This document shows positions 33,901-42,900 of a stretch of DNA of 64,000 bases, in pieces. The notes beneath the pieces were generated by a model, which saw nothing but the letters and a program-made list of their open reading frames with translations, was not told the DNA's origin and did not search any database. The DNA comes from an uncultured Bacteroidota bacterium (GTDB taxonomy: Bacteria > Bacteroidota > Bacteroidia > AKYH767-A > 2013-40CM-41-45): positions 30,814-94,813 of the forward strand of contig CAVZJJ010000004.1 of the NCBI GenBank assembly GCA_963775555.1, in the 5' to 3' direction. The number at the start of each line of letters is the position of its first letter. The first letter of the stretch is position 1. The position numbers and the translations under genes were made by a program.

Positions 33901-36900
33901 GACGGCTACATTGGATCTGACGATTCGTTATGCTAGCACTTCCAGTTCAACGGTGGATGTCTGTGACAGCTATACCTGGAACGGCACGACTTATACTACG
34001 TCTGGAGTTTATACCTATAGCACGCTCAATGAAGCAGGTTGTGATTCGACAGCAACACTCAACTTAACGATACGTTACGCTACCACATCAAGCAGTACAG
34101 AGGATGTTTGTGACAGCTATACCTGGAATAGTACGACTTATACTACGTCCGGAGTTTATACTTATAGCACGCTCAACGAAGCAGGATGTGATTCAACGGC
34201 AACACTCAACTTAACGATCCGTTACGCTACCACATCGAGTTCAACAGAAGATGTTTGCGACAGCTATACCTGGAATGGAACGACTTACATTGCATCGGGA
34301 GTTTATACCTATAGCACAACAAATGCAGCTGGATGTGATTCGACAGCAACACTCAACTTAACGATCCGTTATGCTACCACATCAAGCAGTACAGAGGATG
34401 TTTGTGACAGCTACACTTGGAACGGCACTACCTATACTGCATCCGGAGTTTATTCGTATAGCACTCTTAATGCAGCAGGTTGTGATTCTACAGCCACTTT
34501 GAACTTAACCATTCGTTATGCTAGCACATCAAGCTCAACAGTAGATGTCTGTGATTCATATTCGTGGAACGGAACTACCTACACAGCATCCGGAGTTTAT
34601 ACCTTTAGTTCAACGAACGAAGCAGGTTGTGATTCTACCGCTACATTGAACCTGACGATCAGAAACAGTTCAACATCTGCTACGACCGAAGATGTATGTG
34701 ATTCATATTCGTGGAACGGAACTACCTACACAGTATCAGGAACCTATACTTATTCCACGTTAAACGAAGTTGGTTGTGATTCTACGGCCACTCTGAACTT
34801 AACCATCCGTTATGCAACAACTTCCAGTTCAACGGTGGATGTTTGCGATTCGTATTCGTGGAACGGAATTACCTACACAGCAACAGGAACCTATACTTAT
34901 TCCACGTTAAACGAAGTTGGATGTGATTCTACGGCCACACTGAATCTGACGATCCGATCTGCTACAACTTCCAGTTCAACGGTGGATGTTTGCGATTCGT
35001 ATACCTGGAATGGAACTACCTACACAACATCAGGAACCTATAATTATTCAACTTTGAACGAAGTTGGTTGTGATTCTACAGCCACACTGAATCTGACGAT
35101 CCGATCTGCTACAACTTCCAGTTCAACAGTAGATGTTTGCGATTCGTATACCTGGAATGGAACTACCTACACAACATCAGGAGTCTATACCTTTAGTTCA
35201 ACGAATGCAGCAGGTTGTGATTCTACCGCTACATTGAACCTGACGATCAGAAACAGTTCAACATCTGCTACGACCGAAGATGTATGTGATTCATATTCTT
35301 GGAACGGCACTACCTATACTGCATCCGGAGTTTATTCGTATAGCACGTTAAACGAAGCAGGATGTGATTCAACGGCAACATTGAACCTGACGATCAGAAA
35401 CAGTTCAACGTCCAGTTCAACCGTGGATGTTTGTGACAGCTACAGCTGGAATGGCAACACATACACGGCATCCGGAGTCTATACCTTTAGTTCAACGAAT
35501 GCAGCGGGTTGTGATTCTACTGCTACATTGAACTTAACAGTCCGTTACGCTACAACTTCCAGTTCAACTGTGGATGTTTGTGACAGCTATACGTGGAACG
35601 GCACAACTTACACTGCATCGGGAGTTTATACGTACAGCACCCTCAATGAAGCAGGATGTGATTCGACAGCAACACTCAACTTAACCATCCGTTATGCTAG
35701 CACATCGAGTTCAACAGAAGATGTTTGCGACAGCTATACCTGGAATGGAACGACTTACATTGCATCTGGAGTTTATACCTATAGCACAACAAATGCAGCA
35801 GGATGTGATTCAACGGCTACATTGAACTTAACAATCCGTTACGCTAGCACATCAAGCTCAACAGTAGATGTCTGTGATTCGTATACCTGGAATGGAACTA
35901 CCTACACAACATCAGGAACCTATACTTATTCCACGTTAAACGAAGTTGGTTGTGATTCTACCGCTACATTGAACCTGACAATCAGAAACAGTTCAACATC
36001 TGCTACGACCGAAGATGTATGTGATTCATATTCGTGGAACGGAACTACCTACACGGCATCAGGAACCTATACTTATTCCACATTAAACGAAGTTGGTTGT
36101 GATTCAACGGCTACATTGAACTTAACAATCCGTTACGCTACCACTTCCAGTTCAACGGTGGATGTGTGTGATTCATATACGTGGAACGGAACTACCTACA
36201 CCGCATCAGGAACCTATACTTATTCCACGTTAAACGAAGTTGTATGTGATTCAACAGCGACATTGAACCTGACAATCAGAAACAGTTCAACATCTGCTAC
36301 GACCGAAGATCTGTGTGATTCGTATACATGGAATGGTAATACCTACACCGCCTCAGGAACCTATACTTATTCCACGTTAAACGAAGTTGGATGTGATTCT
36401 ACGGCCACACTGAATCTGACGATCCGATCTGCTACAACTTCCAGTTCAACGGTGGATGTTTGCGATTCGTATACCTGGAATGGAACTACCTACACAGCAT
36501 CAGGAACCTATACTTATTCCACGTTAAACGAAGTTGGTTGTGATTCTACAGCTACCTTGAACCTGGCGATCAGAAACAGTTCAACGTCCAGTACGACTGA
36601 GGATGTGTGTGATTCGTATACCTGGAACGGTACTACCTACACAACATCAGGAACCTATACTTATTCCACGTTAAACGAAGTTGGTTGTGATTCTACAGCT
36701 ACCTTGAACCTGGCGATCAGAAACAGTTCAACGTCCAGTTCGACTGAAGATGTTTGCGATTCGTTTACCTGGAACGGTACTACCTACACAGTATCAGGAA
36801 CCTATACTTATTCCACGTTAAACGAAGTTGGTTGTGATTCAACGGCTACATTGAACCTGACGATCAGAAACAGTTCAACGTCCAGTACGACTGAGGATGT

Positions 36901-39900
36901 GTGTGATTCGTATACCTGGAACGGAACTACCTACACGGCATCCGGAGTTTATACCTTTAGTTCAACGAATGCAGCAGGTTGTGATTCAACGGCTACATTG
37001 AACTTAACAATCCGTTACGCTAGCACATCAAGCTCAACAGTAGATGTGTGTGATTCATATTCGTGGAACGGAAATATCTACACGACATCAGGAACCTATA
37101 CTTATTCTACGTTAAACGAAGCAGGTTGTGATTCTACAGCCACTCTGGACTTAACCATTCGTTATGCTAGCACATCAAGCTCAACAGTAGATGTGTGTGA
37201 TTCATATTCGTGGAACGGAACTACCTACACAGCATCAGGAATCTATACTTATTCCACGTTAAACGAAGTTGGTTGTGATTCGACGGCTACATTGGATCTG
37301 ACGATTCGTTATGCTAGCACTTCCAGTTCAACGGTGGATGTCTGTGACAGCTATACCTGGAACGGCACGACTTATACTACGTCTGGAGTTTATACCTATA
37401 GCACGCTCAATGAAGCAGGTTGTGATTCGACAGCAACACTCAACTTAACGATACGTTACGCTACCACATCAAGCAGTACAGAGGATGTTTGTGACAGCTA
37501 TACCTGGAATAGTACGACTTATACTACGTCCGGAGTTTATACTTATAGCACGCTCAACGAAGCAGGATGTGATTCAACGGAAACACTCAACTTAACGATC
37601 CGTTACGCTACCACATCGAGTTCAACAGAAGATGTTTGCGACAGCTATACCTGGAATGGAACGACTTACATTGCATCGGGAGTTTATACCTATAGCACAA
37701 CAAATGCAGCTGGATGTGATTCGACAGCAACACTCAACTTAACGATCCGTTATGCTACCACATCAAGCAGTACAGAGGATGTTTGTGACAGCTACACTTG
37801 GAACGGCACTACCTATACTGCATCCGGAGTTTATTCGTATAGCACTCTTAATGCAGCAGGTTGTGATTCTACAGCCACTTTGAACTTAACCATTCGTTAT
37901 GCTAGCACATCAAGCTCAACAGTAGATGTCTGTGATTCATATTCGTGGAACGGAACTACCTACACAGCATCCGGAGTTTATACCTTTAGTTCAACGAACG
38001 AAGCAGGTTGTGATTCTACCGCTACATTGAACCTGACGATCAGAAACAGTTCAACATCTGCTACGACCGAAGATGTATGTGATTCATATTCGTGGAACGG
38101 AACTACCTACACAACATCAGGAACCTATACTTATTCCACGTTAAACGAAGTTGGATGTGATTCAACGGCTACATTGAACTTAGCAATCCGTTACGCTAGC
38201 ACATCAAGCTCAACAGTAGATGTCTGTGACAGCTACACCTGGAATGGAACGACATATGCTACATCGGGAGTTTATACCTATAGCACAACAAATGCAGCAG
38301 GATGTGATTCGACGGCAACACTCAACTTAACCATCCGTTATGCTACCACATCGAGTGCAATAGTGGATGTTTGTGACAGCTACACCTGGAACGGCACGAC
38401 TTATACTACGTCCGGAGTATATGCTTATAGCACCCTCAACGAAGCAGGTTGTGATTCTACAGCTACACTCAATCTGACAATTCGTTATGCATCCACTTCC
38501 AGTGCAACAGAGGATGTCTGTGACAGCTATACCTGGAACGGCACGACTTACACTGCATCGGGAGTTTATACTTATAGCACGCTCAACGAAGCAGGATGTG
38601 ATTCAACGGCAACACTCAACTTAACGATCCGTTACGCTACCACATCGAGTTCAACAGAAGATGTTTGCGACAGCTATACCTGGAATGGAACGACTTACAT
38701 TGCATCGGGAGTTTATACCTATAGCACAACAAATGCAGCTGGATGTGATTCGACAGCAACACTCAACTTAACGATCCGTTATGCTACCACATCAAGCAGT
38801 ACAGAGGATGTTTGTGACAGCTACACTTGGAACGGCACTACCTATACTGCATCCGGAGTTTATTCGTATAGCACTCTTAATGCAGCAGGTTGTGATTCTA
38901 CAGCCACTTTGAACTTAACCATTCGTTATGCTAGCACATCAAGCTCAACAGTAGATGTCTGTGATTCATATTCGTGGAACGGAACTACCTACACAGCATC
39001 CGGAGTTTATACCTTTAGTTCAACGAACGAAGCAGGTTGTGATTCTACCGCTACATTGAACCTGACGATCAGAAACAGTTCAACATCTGCTACGACCGAA
39101 GATGTATGTGATTCATATTCGTGGAACGGAACTACCTACACAGTATCAGGAACCTATACTCATTCCACGTTAAACGAAGTTGGATGTGATTCTACAGCCA
39201 CTCTGGACTTAACCATTCGTTATGCAACAACTTCCAGTTCAACAGTAGATGTGTGTGATTCATATTCGTGGAACGGAACTACCTACACGACATCAGGAAC
39301 CTATACTTATTCCACGTTAAACGAAGTTGGTTGTGATTCTACAGCCACACTGAATCTGACGATCCGATCTGCTACAACTTCCAGTTCAACAGTAGATGTT
39401 TGCGATTCGTATACCTGGAATGGAACTACCTACACAGCATCAGGAACCTATACTTATTCCACGTTAAACGAAGTTGGATGTGATTCAACGGCTACATTGA
39501 ACCTGACGATTCGATCTGCTACAACTTCCAGTTCAACGGTGGATGTTTGTGATTCATATTCGTGGAACGGAACTACCTACACAGCATCAGGAGTCTATAC
39601 CTTTAGTTCAACGAATTCAGCAGGTTGTGATTCTACAGCCACACTGAATCTGACGATCCGATCTGCTACAACTTCCAGTTCAACAGTAGATGTTTGCGAT
39701 TCGTATACCTGGAATGGAACTACCTACACAGCATCAGGAATCTATACTTATTCCACGTTAAACGAAGTTGGATGTGATTCTACGGCCACACTGAATCTGA
39801 CGATCCGATCTGCTACAACTTCCAGTTCAACAGTGGATGTATGTGATTCATATTCGTGGAATGGAACTACCTACACAGCATCAGGAACCTATACTTATTC

Positions 39901-42900
39901 CACGTTAAACGAAGTTGGTTGTGATTCTACAGCTACCTTGAACCTGGCGATCAGAAACAGTTCAACGTCCAGTTCAACAGTAGATGTGTGTGATTCATAT
40001 ACGTGGAACGGAACTACCTACACGGCATCCAGAGTTTATACCTTTAGTTCAACGAATGCAGCAGGTTGTGATTCAACAGCGACATTGAACTTAACAATCC
40101 GTTACGCTACCACTTCCAGTTCAACAGTAGATGTTTGCGATTCGTATACCTGGAATGGAGCTACCTACACGGCATCAGGAACCTATACTCATTCCACGTT
40201 AAACGAAGTTGGATGTGATTCTACAGCCACTCTGGACTTAACCATTCGTTATGCTAGCACATCAAGCTCAACAGTAGATGTGTGTGATTCATATTCGTGG
40301 AACGGAACTACCTACACGGCATCCGGAGTTTATACCTTTAGTTCAACGAATGCAGCAGGTTGTGATTCTACCGCTACATTGAACCTGGCGATCAGAAACA
40401 GTTCAACGTCCAGTTCGACTGAAGATGTTTGCGATTCGTATACCTGGAACGGTACTAACTACACAACATCAGGAACCTATACTTATTCCACGTTAAACGA
40501 AGCAGGTTGTGATTCTACAGCCACTCTGGACTTAACCATTCGTTATGCTAGCACATCAAGCTCAACAGTAGATGTGTGTGATTCATATTCGTGGAACGGA
40601 ACTACCTACACAGCATCAGGAATCTATACTTATTCCACGTTAAACGAAGTTGGTTGTGATTCGACGGCTACATTGGATCTGACGATTCGTTATGCTAGCA
40701 CTTCCAGTTCAACGGTGGATGTCTGTGACAGCTATACCTGGAACGGCACGACTTATACTACGTCTGGAGTTTATACCTATAGCACGCTCAATGAAGCAGG
40801 TTGTGATTCGACAGCAACACTCAACTTAACGATACGTTACGCTACCACATCAAGCAGTACAGAGGATGTTTGTGACAGCTATACCTGGAATAGTACGACT
40901 TATACTACGTCCGGAGTTTATACTTATAGCACGCTCAACGAAGCAGGATGTGATTCAACGGCAACACTCAACTTAACGATCCGTTACGCTACCACATCGA
41001 GTTCAACAGAAGATGTTTGCGACAGCTATACCTGGAATGGAACTACCTACACAACATCAGGAACCTATACTTATTCCACGTTAAACGAAGTTGGATGTGA
41101 TTCTACGGCCACTCTGAACTTAACAATCCGTTACGTTACCACTTCCAGTTCAACGGTGGATGTTTGTGACAGCTATACTTGGAACGGAAATAACTACACA
41201 GCATCAGGAGCCTATACTTATTCCACGTTAAACGAAGTTGGATGTGATTCTACGGCCACACTGAATCTGACGATCCGATCTGCTACAACTTCCAGTTCAA
41301 CAGTAGATGTGTGTGATTCATATACGTGGAACGGAACTACCTACACGGCATCCGGACTTTATACCTTTAGTTCAACGAATGCAGCAGGTTGTGATTCAAC
41401 AGCGACATTGAACTTAACAATCCGTTACGCTACCACTTCCAGTTCAACGGTGGATGTGTGTGATTCGTATACCTGGAATGGAACTACCTACACAGCATCA
41501 GGAACCTATACTTATTCCATGCTGAACGAAGCAGGTTGTGATTCTACGGCCACTCTGAACTTAACCATCCGTTATGCTAGCACATCAAGCTCAACAGTAG
41601 ATGTATGTGATTCATATTCGTGGAACGGAAATACCTACACGGCATCAGGACTTTATACCTTTAGTTCAACGAATGCAGCAGGTTGTGATTCAACAGCGAC
41701 ATTGAACTTAACAATCCGTTACGCTACCACTTCCAGTTCAACGGTGGATGTATGTGATTTATATTCGTGGAACGGAACTACCTACACAACATCAGGAACC
41801 TATACTTATTCCACGTTAAACGAAGTTGGATGTGATTCTACGGCCACTCTGAACTTAACCATCCGTTATGCAACAACTTCCAGTTCAACGGTGGATGTTT
41901 GCGATTCGTATACCTGGAATGGAACTACCTACACAACATCAGGAACCTATACTTATTCCACGTTAAACGAAGTTGGATGTGATTCAACGGCTACATTGAA
42001 CCTGACGATTCGATCTGCTACAACTTCCAGTTCAACGGTGGATGTTTGCGACAGCTATACCTGGAATGGAACGACTTACATTGCATCGGGAGTTTATACC
42101 TATAGCACAACAAATGCAGCAGGATGTGATTCGACAGCAACACTCAACTTAACGATCCGTTATGCTACCACATCAAGCAGTACAGAGGATGTTTGTGACA
42201 GCTACACTTGGAACGGCACTACCTATACTGCATCCGGAGTTTATTCGTATAGCACTCTTAATGCTGCAGGTTGTGATTCTACCGCTACATTGAACCTGGC
42301 GATCAGAAACAGTTCAACTTCCAGTTCAACAGTAGATGTGTGTGATTCATATACGTGGAACGGAACTACCTACACGGCATCCGGAGTTTATACCTTTAGT
42401 TCAACGAATGCAGCAGGTTGTGATTCTACCGCTACATTGAACCTGGCGATCAGAAACAGTTCAACGTCCAGTTCGACTGAAGATGTTTGCGATTCGTATA
42501 CCTGGAATGGAACTGCCTACACAGCATCAGGAGTCTATACCTTTAGTTCAACGAACGCAGCAGGTTGTGATTCAACAGCGACATTGAACTTAACAATTCG
42601 TTACGCTACCACTTCCAGTTCAACGGTGGATGTTTGTGATTCATATACGTGGAACGGAAATACCTACACGGCATCAGGAACCTATACTTATTCCACGTTA
42701 AACGAAGTTGGTTGTGATTCTACGGCCACTCTGAACTTAACCATCCGTTATGCAACAACTTCCAGTTCAACGGTGGATGTTTGCGATTCGTATACCTGGA
42801 ATGGAGCTACCTACACGGCATCAGGAACCTATACTTATTCCACGTTAAACGAAGTTGGATGTGATTCAACGGCTACTTTGAACCTGACGATTCGATCTGC

